A stretch of 61,153 nt of DNA, the filler included, from Porpidia crustulata (taxonomy: Eukaryota): NCBI GenBank assembly GCA_964255105.1. It is 5 parts of 5 records of this genome, joined end to end, with 100 filler letters (N's around TTAATTAATTAA, not from the genome) between each part and the next. Parts side by side here need not be neighbours in the genome. Positions count along the whole stretch, not along the records: positions 12,284 to 24,447 come from CAXUWE010000563.1; positions 24,548 to 36,696 come from CAXUWE010000564.1; 3 more parts are not named here. One strand, 5' to 3'. Under the pieces are notes generated by a model. It had not been told where the DNA came from. It made no database searches and worked only from the letters and a program-made list of their open reading frames with translations. Numbering within the stretch: the first letter of the stretch is position 1; every line of letters begins with the position of its first letter. The position numbers were made by a program, and so were the translations under genes. Below are positions 12,284 through 24,551 of the stretch, piece after piece.

Positions 12284-13849
12284 GCTTTCGGTGGGTTTCT
12301 TTGTTATCGGGGGGTTGGGTGGGGGGGGGGGGCCCATGACTAGTGGACTTATTTTTTGAACTGGAGAGTTCGTTTGCTGTTGGGAAGGTTGCTGTTGCAT
12401 CGCTGAGTCAATGGTCAAAGGCGGCTCTTCCATCTCTTCGATCGATGATTCTAGGGCCGGGTTTGCAATGGTCTGCTGGTAATATTTTGGACTCCCGGGC
12501 TCTAAAGATCCCGGGGAAGTATCATACGAAGGATCCGTGCCAATAGCAGGGAAGGTTTGACGGCGGGGACGAGAGTTGGCGCTAGCGAGAGTTGGGAGGC
12601 GTGCCTGCTGCGCTGGCAAACAAGGGCTTGGTCCGGCGCTGGATATTGGTGAGAAGATAGGGGATGTTGGGCTTCTCATTTCGTCCGAGAAGCCCGTTTG
12701 CTCAGTGTATGAGCTTCCAAGGGAAGTTGCGCTCTGGGAGTGATTGTGCCTGTAGCTAGTTGCAAAGTCAATGTAGCTAATAGGGCTTTCGGTCTTGATA
12801 TCATCCTGTCCCTGGTCTGGCAGCGAGCTCGATGCCAAACTATTGGTTGAGACGGGAGAAATGCCACTTGGGGTTTGGGAACCAGAGTTTGATGCCGGAA
12901 TCAATCCACCGTCCGTTTCTTGTCCGTCAACGGCCTTACGGGGTTTAGCACCAGGTAACGAGTTTTTCTGTTTGAATTTTTCGAGCCAAGCAGGACTATT
13001 TACCTTCACATGGCAATCAGAGGTGCCTACAGTGGTCGCGAAAAACCTTGCTTTATCTCGGATGATGTCGTCGCTCAGAGGTAGACCTTGATGCTGATGG
13101 TTCTTCGCCCAATTGGACAAAGCCCGTTCAATATCAGGGAACTTGCCCTTCGATCTTTTAATTGGTGATCGACTGCCATCATCAGGATAGAGGTATTTTT
13201 CTTTTTGTCGGAGGACTTTGGACACAGTACTGCATTGAATGTCAGCTCCGCGCGAACATTGAGCCGGAAATGTAAAGCAGAGTCACACCTTCTTTCTACA
13301 CCAAACATTGCTAAGAATCTTGTGTCAGTTTCCGTTTACTTTTTCAAAGAACTGAAATCTGTACTTACCTCCAATTTCAGTTTGCTTGATCGTAGGATGA
13401 TCATCATGGTACTGGCACATCCGCCGCCTATCATGGTCTGTCAAGGTTCTCCTTGCCGTTGGCGGCCCTGAAATTGGAGCCGGCGTGCTAGCAGATCGGG
13501 GCAACGGGGGTTTTGTTGGCATAATTGAGAGTGGCGCAATAGGTCGTGGTGGCGGAAATCCTGGTTGATGGCCATTGTCTATTGACGGATTGGTCAATTG
13601 ACTGGGCCATTGCGGCATAATCAAAGGCTGAGGCGGCTGAGTCGTCGAATATGAGGGTTGCATTGGCCGACTATAGAGAGGTTCGAGTGGGACATGAGAG
13701 TTCGACATGAAGGTAAAACCATTATATTCTTGTAAGGGCGAGTTATGCGACGAGTGATCACCAGCAATCTCAACCCATGGACCAGACCCGTACGCCTCTT
13801 CGTGGTGCGCGCCATGATGCTGCTCAATTTTCATCACCAGCGGATCCAT
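12284..13849 (-). CDS. CENP-B/Tc5-type HTH DNA-binding protein (Pdc2-like), 3'-truncated at the contig edge; exons 13849-13369, 13310-13289, 13229-<12284
   Basis: RRTLTDHDRRRMCQYH...KQTEIGAMFGVERSTVSKVLRQKEKYL and KFPDIERALSNW...WLEKFKQKN tandem HTH. A 22-nt micro-exon restores the motif. Confidence 0.85.
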
Positions 13850-15651
13850 CACGGTGTCTTGTCTGAAGCTCGTTCAAGCTCGACGTGACCAAGGTCGTTT
13901 TCTATCGCGAATCTATCGTACGTACCCACGTCCTGTAGGGGTATGCATGCATTCAATATTTCCTTCCTTAAAAGGGCACTGCGCAGTTCCTGGCTAGATA
14001 CCCTGTAAGGTTTCCTGCGGTAATCTGCATGCAATATATTATGGCATGAGGCCCTGGAACCTGTCAGCATAAGTGCATCACAATGGAGGAAGGAAGCATC
14101 AGACGATGTTCTTGTGCAGTGTAAGGAGTATGCATACCTAGGTGGTTCGACAACGAAGAGGGTTCGGTTCGCAGAGGTAGCAGAATTAGTAATTGATGGT
14201 GGGTTCAATGCGGCACGAGACTGCGGGTATCCCTAAGCCCAAGGAGCCATGGTTTAGGTAGCTCTGCAGACTGCAGTGGTGAAGTTAAGCAGCAATAAGG
14301 TGTAACGGACGTCTGCGGGGAAAAGAAGAGCCATAGCGGCTATAAGAGTGGTACTTGTACTGACTGACAGTACATAGCAGCCGGACTAGATGGCACATCG
14401 ATCTTGACCATCCGAGCCATGGTGCTGAGGACGTTCTAGCACCCAGTAGTACGTCGTAGTAGCAATGGATGAAGGCGGGAGGAAAGGCGCGGTACGTTTT
14501 CCTCCCTTTGGCACACTAGACTGAAAGTCAAAGACGAAGGAATTTAGAGGATTAGGGAATGAGCGAAATGGAAAGGGCCAGGGAGGGGCAGGTACTACTC
14601 TCATTGCAGCTTGGGGGTTGGTAGCATTAAAGACAAGACAGCTCTAAGAAACTAACAGGCCCTGCAAACTGGGTGACTTGCAGCGAATGGGAATTCAAGG
14701 CGAAATTGACGGGGATTATTTCTGCTCGAATTAATGTTTATTAGTCAAGAAATAAGAAATGACTATCGGGGTGTGGGACTGGCACAGTGGGATAATCATA
14801 ATAATTAATCGATAGGCAACCGTCCTATCATCGCATCGTACGACAGTATTAACACAAAGAATAATATTAATAAATGATCATCATCCTCATTTCGGTAGGA
14901 TTTATTTGCAATTATTGTTCTGGACGCCAGCGTTGCTGTGATTTGTTTTGACGATACAGACTATGAATTTGCTTAGTGGATGTGGGCGTCCATACAGACG
15001 CAGCGCTCGGAAGTATTGATTGCAGCATTTCTCGCTGGGATTTAATTCCGTGTTACAAATGGAATGACGCCAGGTGACTTCTCCGACCAACGAATGACAG
15101 GTGTTGGATGGCGCTGGAGCCCGTTGACTGGACGCGAATCCGGCATTCATCGCTGCTGATCCGCACCTACTCTCTAGCGGTGGAGGAATTTGATATCTAC
15201 CGGTATCTAGACCCTAAATCCTTAAGCCACGCAAGGTGTCCTGCCCGAATGCATCGCCAACCTCCGCTTGCTTTATTCGCGGCTATCCCTCTCGAGTCTA
15301 AACACTGCCTTTGGTCGCAATTGCAGATCGTAAGACGTACATCCCTATCGAATGATATGGGGTACAAGCTTCAACATCGATGTCATTCACTCTCACGTCG
15401 TAGATGCACAGCATCATCCCGGAGATTTGGCCTCTGGATTAGGATGGAGATGCTAGACATCCTCGTGAGGATCCATTCGCGCCGCATTTTCAGGCAAATT
15501 CATGACATGGACTTGGAAGGTCTAATGGCAACTCCATGTCAGCCCACGGGAGATGCCAGGGCCCCGGTGAGTCCCGCCGCATTCTCCCGCCGCAGGGAAG
15601 ATCTGTGGCGACGTCACTGCGATTTTACAGTTTCCGGACTGGTTGCCGCCT

Positions 15652-17244
15652 TCATCGTTTGATGATAGTGACTGGCGATGATCAGTAATCTCAATCCACA
15701 ATGATATACGCAATAGCAATCCTTGGACTACTCACTGATATCTTCGTCTGCCAGCTCATGTGTAAGGCCGACCCGCTGTGGCTGGTGCTTAACAGACTGT
15801 CCATAAACTATGGCATGCTTGAATTGTTCCACGATAGTCTTATGGATAGCATTACACTGCATCACTGTCAGTACCTGGATGAATAAACATGGTAAATCTT
15901 ACAAAGTCCTCAACAGCGCATGCGTTCTTCCTGAGTACGACCGGGGTATTGTAATCCGGCGACTTCCCCTTGGGTTTGGTATATATGCGACGAAGATTCA
16001 ATTTCTCCCACATCTGCTCCAGGAGCTCGTCAACATTCCATCCGTGCTCAGAACTAATCGGGCAGGCGTTGGGGATCCGGTATATTAAGTCAAGCTCCTC
16101 AATAGATATCGAGTCTATCTTGTTCAGCGCGTAGATCACGGGAATGTAACTTCTGCCTTTTGCTTCCAAGACATCAATGAGGTCATCAATAGTCGCATCA
16201 CATCGAATAGCAATATCTGCGGAGGATATCTTATATTCGCTCATGACTGCTTTGATCTCCTACTCAAAGATCAGTACGAGTTTCGCGATGGCATCTGAAT
16301 AACCAACATCGTGATCAATATGTGTCAGTGGAACGGTGTTCGTTATACTGATGCCACCTTTATCTTTCTTCTTGAAGACGATGTTTGGTGGTTCCTTGTT
16401 GATTCGAATTCCGAATCCTTCAAGTTCGTTTTCAATGACCCGCTTCTCCGTCAGTGGTTTATTGACATCAAGGACAATGAAAATCAGGTGACAAGTTTTT
16501 GCGACTGCTATAACTTGACGACCTCGACCTTTGCCGTCCTTGGCACCTTGTATGATTCCTGGGAGATCAAGCATTTGAATAGCCGCTCCATTATACTGGA
16601 CTTGACCTGGCACAGTGGTCAAGGTAGTAAATTCATACGCAGCAACTATTTGGAATTAGCAAATGGAGTTTTGGGTTATATATATTCCCTCTTCACCTTC
16701 AGAGTGTTGCCCGGTCAATCGACTCATGAGCGTACTCTTTCCCACGGAGGGAAACCCAATAAATCCAACGCTAGCAACTCCAGTTCTCGCAACGTCGAAA
16801 CCGGCTGGTCTCCGTTAGATTGTAGCCCGTAATTCCAAGGCTTGCGTGTCTTACAGCCTCCGCCGCCTCCACTTGAGGTCGGTGTCAAAAGCTCTCGCTT
16901 GAGTTTAGCAAGCTTAGCCTTCAATTGACCTAAAGACCATCAGCTTACCACAGGTCTCCATACAGACACCTATTATTACTGACCTAAATGGTACGATGTA
17001 GCCTTGTTCTTTACAAGTTCAAACGTCCGTCAGTGAGCCTTCCAAGATTAGGGAATTTTGTGAAGTAGTGCAATACTTTCTGCGTCTTGGCCATTTCAGC
17101 CTGAGAGATAATCAGTGGGTGACAGTGGAAGCATGGAAAGGCAATAACGAGCCTCAATATCTTTGATCTGGGAGCATGGAATTTAGTCTTTGATCCATAT
17201 TGCTACATATTGCGGAATTCTACCTTATCTGCTGTGGTAGACAT
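15652..17244 (-). CDS. RBG1: DRG-family GTPase Rbg1, 367 aa, 10 exons (17244-17224, 17167-17153, 17100-17077, 17008-16984, 16929-16855, 16804-16697, 16645-16308, 16259-15903, 15856-15736, 15671-15652)
   Basis: [20 protein letters not shown] (G1), YEFTT, DLPG, NKID and the C-terminal TGS domain. Exon lengths sum to 1104 nt. Confidence 0.95.
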
Positions 17245-19150
17245 CTTGTCCGACGAGTTCTTACTACTATCGAAAAAGAGTGATTGATATAAGATAGATT
17301 CTACTTCTCCACATCAAGAATCGACAGTAACCAGATGAAGATATTCAGATACTCAAATTTAATACGTTAATAACTAATTCGGGTTTTACATGTGGGGGTA
17401 AAGTAGGATCAAAGTCTGAGCGACTTAAAAAAGATATTCATGTACCTTGTCGTGCTAGTCAGGCGATTGAAGGAACATACGAGATTGCTTTAAGTGTGAT
17501 TAGAGTAAATTGAGGGCAGTCTCATTGTTTTATTCCACCACTTGCTAGTTTTCCGTACGAGTTTCTCGCCTAGCGACTTCGCACCGTTCCGTCCTCGCTT
17601 CCCCCTTCATCTCTATGTTCAGCTATTCAGAGGGCCGTGGAAGCTCTGTAAAGAAAATCGAACGGATTCCTTATCCACAAAAGCCAATAATCTGCTCAAC
17701 CTGCGATTTAATCGGAATAGCCTATGCCTTCAGACATTTTCTGGTCAGCCGAATGGGAATGAGAATACCAGAGTAATTCGGCATCTGTAGTCTTTGATTA
17801 TTGGACTAGTATCTTACTAGAGTATGAAGTCACGAATTTTCACGTGCTGAGAGGATTAGAAAGCCTTACGAGCTAGGTATCGGCGGCATGCAACCCTCCA
17901 CCCATCCGCTGCTGTTGGACTGCGTGAAGCGCCGTCGGTCCATATTTCCGCCACCAAGACAGCTGCGCATACTAGAACCACTGGTACCCTTTCTATATGT
18001 TGGCATGTGGCATCAACGTGTTACGAGCATAGCTTCAAGTTCTGTGATCTGCTACTTTGCAGACCCAATACCTTCCAACGTGGCTAAGAGACTGTTCACA
18101 TTTGCTCCTACTGGAGCCGTCTGGCGGCAACGAGTTGTGCTGTGGGGCTTGAATCATAGGTTTCGCCCCTCTCCGTGATGGAACGCGACAAGCGATTGCG
18201 CGGTTTGTGTCACCCACCCAAAGGCGTAAACGCTTAAGGTATATCGGAAGAAAGCAAAGTCGAGCCATTAGGACAAATTGCTTGTGGGGGTGTTAGGTGG
18301 ATTTACAGAAATGTCTTCGGCAGGACAATACTCGTTGTATTCATCAAGCATGTAAAGATTTGGATTTCTAGCAAGGAGAAAAACAATATGGCTAGTCATT
18401 TCTCGAGCTCATTCTTCATCTTGGAACGAAGTATAACGATGGTGAAATGAGTATGCGCGCTTTTGCCCGATCTGAAGCTAACAGAGAAACTGTAATATAT
18501 CATTCGGAGTTTCCAAGTGGTTTATAAATTTCCAAAGGAGTGCCTGAGCATTCGAAACATTTATGACGGCCTTCTACAGTATGCATGGCATATTTAAATG
18601 GGCCGCCGCAAATACTTACCTGCCGCCTGTTGTCACCATTGAAGTTTAGTCAACGGTTATACAGTTGGCTCAGTCGCACAGCCGCCAATTGCCGGAGCTT
18701 GAGCCTCCAGAAATGCATGTTGGCGGATGGTAATCTATTAGGAAGCTAAAGGAATTCGATCTTGAACAAAAGAGGTTTTTGCCTAGATCGCATGGGGCCC
18801 TTTCCCCAGATTTAGACTGCCAACACGGGAAATATCAAAAATACGCAGGAACTTTAAGGAGGGACTTACAGAAAGTGGAGTGTACGTATTGACGAGAGGC
18901 GCAATTGCCTTAGTGTTTATCTCCTTCAATTTTTGTTTTAGATCCAATCACCCTAACCCGCGTTTACATGTCTGCAAGACTCTATGCTGAGGTATGGAGT
19001 TGATAATGCGGGATTTCGCAACAAAAGACAGACTGTTCAGATAAGACATCTAAGGACGGGTCGGCAATGCGTCGCTCAAAATTTATATCTGTCATCTTCT
19101 AGATCTACCTGCTGCTCCCCGTAGAAACTGTTCAGAGAAAGTCTTCCAAT

Positions 19151-19872
19151 ATGCAATTCTCCATGACCTCTCTGTTACTGCTGCTGGCCCAGAGCGCAGG
19201 ACTCCTGTTCGCCATGCCCGCTTCAATTATTTCGCCTTCCGTCAATTTGAAGCAAAGCTTTAATGTTGTGACTGGACCTTCGAGTAATTATGCTGATTCT
19301 ATAGCTAAGTGGGCAAGCCTGGCGTCATCTTCTGATCCTTTGAATTCTACGAACGAGATGCTAATCCAACAGCAGTTCCAGTGGTACATTGTCGAGTAAT
19401 AGCCCTGATCTGCAAAGCACCGTATACATCGACTATGATGTCCCAGGCACTATGTGAGTATCGGATTCGCCAAAGTGTTTAACCTAGATAACCTTACCAT
19501 CTAAAACATTTCAGGATATCCCTCCGAATCTATATTAAGGGAAATATTCCTGAGCTACCAATGGCCAGGGCTATTCTCGCCACGCGCGACTATATTTTTT
19601 CTCAGCTTGAAAAGGGTCAAATATTGATGGACGAGGATCCGTTCGTCTTCAAAAGAGTTCCAGGGGCATATATCACTGCGCAAAGTGCCTTCCCGAACAG
19701 TCTAACGTGGAGCGCTCTGTCAATAGCAATGGATGGGCTATACCAAGCACTGTATGAAAGAAGGAGGTTTAATCAAGCGAAATTCGATATAACCGAAAAA
19801 TCGTTAAACATCCAGGTTGGGACTGGAAAATTGATAAGCGAGAATTGGGTGTCCGGGAGCGTACGACCGTGA
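19151..19872 (+). CDS. Small secreted protein, ~198 aa; exons 19151-19308, 19373-19453, 19515-19872
   Basis: Signal-peptide-like MQFSMTSLLLLLAQSAGLLFAMP. Splicing joins two ORFs in frame. Motifs YDVPGT, DPF, LTW, VGTG. Confidence 0.75.
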
Positions 19873-19894
19873 TAACTTGCCACGAATATTTTGT

Positions 19895-19938
19895 GATAGG
19901 GAGGGTCACGATTGGGAGGGTCACGATAGTGAGGGTAC
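19895..19938 (+). repeat. Degenerate 15-bp tandem repeat x3 (GATAGGGAGGGTCAC) just 3' of the secreted-protein gene
   Basis: gatagggagggtcac gattgggagggtcac gatagtgagggtac, read directly from the sequence. Confidence 0.8.
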
Positions 19939-20430
19939 TATAACAGAGGGCGTGGAGAGCTGTAAGCAAGTCTACTTTCGAGACAGCTTTGTCGTTCGGA
20001 TCCAGGGCAAATGTAGGAGGCTACACACCATGCCCTTTTCTGACTAATGTAGTATGAGTGTCCATCCATAAATACCAAAAGTGCAACGTGAGAGGCCTGG
20101 AGATCAGTACTTAAGCCTATGCTCAGATAATAGCGTAGAAGTGCAAACGATGATGAGTACCGACATACATCGTGTAGGTAGGACTGAGAGTCAATAGCGG
20201 AAACCCTCCGATTGGACCCTGACTACGACGCAGGTACCACAGTCCTCACCATGAGAGTGCAATGGTAGTACTAAAATTTCTGTATACTATTTCTTACGTC
20301 CCCGAGGTCTCCTTTCGGAAAAAAATCTCTATATAAAGTAGGTTACAAAAATCTACCATCATTGTGAAGCTGCATTTCGAGCTTTTCAGTTCCACCCCTT
20401 CGCTTTGGTTGGCATCAGGGATTTACCATT

Positions 20431-21309
20431 ATGACTACTGCGAGTGGGATCGACGCTTTCGATCCTGTTAGGAGCCCTAGACACCAAGTCGACGCATTCC
20501 ACAGGCTTGTCCAGGATCTCAGTGATGCCCTCGGGCCATCATCAGGACTTGATTCGGAAGATGTAGATCCCATGGATCTACAGAATCTTATGGAAAGATA
20601 TGAGTCTAAGAGACCTGAATGGGAGTCTTATGCTTTACGAGACTCGAGTCGAACCTTTACAAGAAATTTGGTAGATAGAGGGAATGGCAAGAGTAACCTC
20701 GTGTGTGATTCTTGAATGACGAGGCTTAGGTGCGAATGTAAGGAATAATCGATTCATACAGTTGATTTTGGTATGGACCCCAGGCAAGGAGAGCCCGATC
20801 CACGATCATGCAAACTCACACTGCGTGATGAAGGTATCTCAAAGTCCTGGACTGCAGACTAAGGAAACGTACCCTTACACAAATTAGGTCCTCCAAGGTT
20901 CTCTGACAGAAACCCGATACACATGGCCCGATCATAACATAGTCAATGAGGGCAGACTATCACCCCCTCAAGTAGTGAAAGAAACTACCTATGGCAATGA
21001 CCAGGTTACCTATATGTCGGACAAGGTGGGAAGTCCCCAACATATTGTGCTGCTGTTCTCCACTAAGTGCAATATCCACAGCTCGGCTTGCACAAAATCA
21101 CTAATCCAAACCCCAAGAATTATGCCGTATCGCTCCACTGTAAGTAATGAACCTTCTGATCCGAGCACAAGCTCTAATGAGACCAAGTGTACACACCTCC
21201 GAATGCTGCCAAAGTCGGATGCCAGATATTTGATGAGAAGACTGGAGCTTCAACACTCAAGCAATGCGAGTTCTTCTCCGAGATGGGTCATAGGGAGCTG
21301 AAGATGTAG
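20431..21309 (+). CDS. CDO1: Cysteine dioxygenase type I, ~219 aa; exons 20431-20700, 20762-20833, 20888-21025, 21082-21139, 21188-21309
   Basis: [57 protein letters not shown] (cupin with 3-His site and Cys-Tyr pair). Confidence 0.95.
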
Positions 21310-22037
21310 TATTGCTTTTGCTTCAGAGGTCGGGGTAGCATTTGCTCAAAGCTCTCTCAATCAGAGGCTCTCATACCCAGCAATGGCTTATCGAGATAGA
21401 CCAGATCAAATGATCACGAGGGGAATTTATATAGGGATTCGAGCTCATAAATTAGTAATATATCGGTGGACTACTCACATTGCTCTTTGAATGCTAGCAA
21501 TAATATCGTCGGCTTGTGAACGAATATTGATTCATCCCCATGACATCAGGAGTCGCGTTCGAGTAGGTCTGAATTTTCCTACGAACATCTCTCCCATATG
21601 AAATTGTCGGCATTGAGATATCATCGTGGAGGCACGTATTAATAGGCACGGATTAATTGTGTAGGATACGAGCGTGACGAGGTACTACGTAGATAGCACA
21701 TGGAAGTTTTCCCTAGCGCCATATGACGCAGGGGTCGGAAGTGTTCAGTAGAAATCGACCTACAGCGCCCAGTAGTCCCAGACATCTCTCGTTATATTTC
21801 TCCATTGCATGTGCGAAAGTTGCAAGTCGGTTCTACACCGCAATAAGATTTCTGAAGCTATGCTCGTATCAAAGACCACGGCACAGGTAATCTGCCGATC
21901 AAGATCGTCTCTTGGGGGAAGGACTGGACTGTTTTACAGAACCCTTTCTTGAGTCTCCCCCCGAGACGTGATTTGGGTTACATATGGTACCTCGCCCGAA
22001 TTTCGGCCCTTATGTTGCTTTGATTGCAAGGAAAATT

Positions 22038-23861
22038 ATGCGACGGACCCAGATCTTCAGTCTATTGGGTGTTTGCTGCTTCATAGGCTTCACTCTTCAA
22101 CTGCTACGACAATCAAGCACAAACCATGGCGCACCTCCCACGGATAAGGTTTCTATCGTGGACACAAAGCCTTTACCTCCCTCCACAATCGATTCTCATC
22201 CTATACACCAACTCGTCACGAAAGCCGATAAGGATTTCGAAGCCCTGAAGATAGGGCAATCGCGAACGTTGGACGCGGCAGTTGCAGAATACAGACGGAG
22301 ATACAAGATACCACCACCTCCAAATTTCGATAAGTGGTACGAAGTCGCGAGAGCAAAGGGGGTTCAATTAATTGACGAGTACGACACCATTTACCATTCG
22401 TTATTACCGTTTTGGGCTTTGAAGCCATCGGTTATTCGTGGAAGAGCAAGGGAAGCGCTAGGTTTTGACAACGCACTCCTAGGGGTACTGATACGCAATG
22501 GGTCGGTCATCAGTGCTGCAGGCGGCGATGAGTGGCAGCAAAAGTCTACGGTTGGCATGATGAACGACTTCGTCAAGCATCTACCTGACATGGATTTGCT
22601 ATTCAATATCCACGATGAACCCAGGGTGATAGTACCTCATGACGACTTGACTAGATTAGTAGCAACTGCGAAAGACATGACGATGCCGGCCGCTTTTGTT
22701 AACGAAGCCCCGAAGAACGCTTGGTCTCCGCGACCTATAGATGTGGACGACGGGAGAAGACGGCATGAAGTTAAATTTACACGATTCAATAGATTCGCGC
22801 ATCAGGCGACTTGGACAAATTCGAGGCTGTCATGCTCCCCAGATAGTCCTGCTCGCGCACTCGACGAAAACATAGCAGATGATACTAATGCTTTCGCCTT
22901 TTCAGAACTTGGGTTCGTGTCCAATAAGACAGCCTTCTCCGATATTTGTTCATCGCCGTCATTGCAAAATCGCTTCGGTTTCTTCAACCGCCCCAATGCT
23001 TTCGATGTTGTCCACGACCTCTTCCCAGTCTTCTCACAAAGCAAGATCAGCAGTTTCCAGGACATACTGTACCCTTCTCCTTGGTATTGGTCCGACAAAG
23101 TTGTCTACAAAGAAAAAGAAGACTATGATTGGGACGCCAAAAAAAACCAAATGTTCTGGCGTGGTTCCACGACCGGCGGCTTTTCCAGGGACGGTGGTTG
23201 GAGGAAACAACACAGGCAGTTTTTCATAGGAAAGATCAACGCCTTGGACACAGCGAAGGTACTACAGAACCAAGGCACCATTGCTCACGAGAATTGGAAG
23301 GCCCAAGAAATCCCACGAACTAACTACACAAGCCTCTTCTCTGTGAAGTTTTCCCATGTTGGCCAATGTGATCATGGTGATTGCGATGCCCAAAAGGAGT
23401 TCTTTGACGTTGTCGAACCTGTCAAGCAACACGACGCATGGGCTTACAAATACCTTCTTGACATTGACGGTAATGCATTCAGCGGACGATTTTACGCTTT
23501 CTTAAAGAGTAAGAGCTTGGTATATAAGATGGCCTTGTTCAGAGAGTGGCATGAGGAATGGCTAAAGCCATGGGTCCATTATGTACCTTTGGGCTTAGGT
23601 GGCGATGAGTATGTCGAGAGCGTAAGGTACTTTGACGAAGAGGAGTTGGGCAGAATACAAGGGCCAAAGTTGGCTATGCAAGGTAGAGAATGGGCTGGGA
23701 AGGTTCTCCGGAATGAAGATTTCGAGGTCTGGTTCTTCAGACTGCTGCTGGAGTATGTCCTTTCCAATGCTCTAGCAAAGAAACATACTGACTGGACATC
23801 TAGGTACGGGAGACTGGTCGACGACAATCGGGAGTCTATCGGATATGGCCATAACGGATGA
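22038..23861 (+). CDS. Glycosyltransferase family 90 (CAP10/Cxt1-like), type II membrane protein; intron 23753-23803
   Basis: YRRRYKIPPPPNFDKWY, WRGSTTGG, YKYLLDIDGNAFSGRF, EWHEEWLKPWVHYVP, RLLLEYGR; N-terminal TM anchor. Start could instead be 21984. Confidence 0.92.
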   Translation: MRRTQIFSLLGVCCFIGFTLQLLRQSSTNHGAPPTDKVSIVDTKPLPPSTIDSHPIHQLVTKADKDFEALKIGQSRTLDAAVAEYRRRYKIPPPPNFDKWYEVARAKGVQLIDEYDTIYHSLLPFWALKPSVIRGRAREALGFDNALLGVLIRNGSVISAAGGDEWQQKSTVGMMNDFVKHLPDMDLLFNIHDEPRVIVPHDDLTRLVATAKDMTMPAAFVNEAPKNAWSPRPIDVDDGRRRHEVKFTRFNRFAHQATWTNSRLSCSPDSPARALDENIADDTNAFAFSELGFVSNKTAFSDICSSPSLQNRFGFFNRPNAFDVVHDLFPVFSQSKISSFQDILYPSPWYWSDKVVYKEKEDYDWDAKKNQMFWRGSTTGGFSRDGGWRKQHRQFFIGKINALDTAKVLQNQGTIAHENWKAQEIPRTNYTSLFSVKFSHVGQCDHGDCDAQKEFFDVVEPVKQHDAWAYKYLLDIDGNAFSGRFYAFLKSKSLVYKMALFREWHEEWLKPWVHYVPLGLGGDEYVESVRYFDEEELGRIQGPKLAMQGREWAGKVLRNEDFEVWFFRLLLEYVLSNALAKKHTDWTSRYGRLVDDNRESIGYGHNG

Positions 23862-24447
23862 AAAGATTTGAGAGCACGGTACCTCACTTATACATCGCCT
23901 TGAAGCATGTAACAATCAAGATGTTGAAAATCCCATGAAATCCATTACAGATCGTCTAGTCTTACAATGAAGCTGATCTCCTACATACTACGTTTGGAGC
24001 ATCGACAGATCAATTGTATCTCGTCGTCAGTCAGCAACATCCAAGAAGCAAACGAGTCGCCATCAATGACCCACAGCTTCGACCCTCAAAACTGGATACC
24101 CCGCCACCCCGAACCCTTCATACTAGACCGATCTTTAGGCAGACAGCTCGACAATTTCCTTACGAAAAGAGCCTGTACACAGCCAACCTAAGATCAGACG
24201 ATCTGATCTGATATAATTTTGTAAGCTTGGTTTGACCGTGCGTGGGCTGTCGTGTAGCTGCGACAACTACATTTCAAGAACGTTGGATGGGGGGTATGGA
24301 GGGCAGGTCCAAAATTGGCGAGGTTTCAAGAGGATTAGTGCCTTTAAGATGGCAGAAGGCATAGCCCTCTCAGCACCAGGAACGGAGAAAGATAGAATTA
24401 CTTCAACGCCTCGTGTCTCACATGATCCATCGAAGCCATCGTATCCC

Positions 24448-24547
24448 NNNNNNNNNNNNNNNNNNNNNNNNNNNNNNNNNNNNNNNNNNNNTTAATTAAT
24501 TAANNNNNNNNNNNNNNNNNNNNNNNNNNNNNNNNNNNNNNNNNNNN
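24448..24547. other. Artificial contig linker
   Basis: N44-TTAATTAATTAA-N44. Confidence 0.98.
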
Positions 24548-24551
24548 GTAC

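Noticed and set aside
12284..13849. Active Tc1/pogo transposon
   Set aside because: No DDE domain or terminal inverted repeats visible; intron-containing and transcription-factor-like.
15108..15662. 184-aa plus-strand ORF
   Set aside because: No recognisable motifs, non-coding-like composition, overlaps the RBG1 3' end in antisense.
17250..19150. Short ORFs or ncRNA in the RBG1 to secreted-protein spacer
   Set aside because: No tRNA/snRNA motifs or convincing coding signal by eye.
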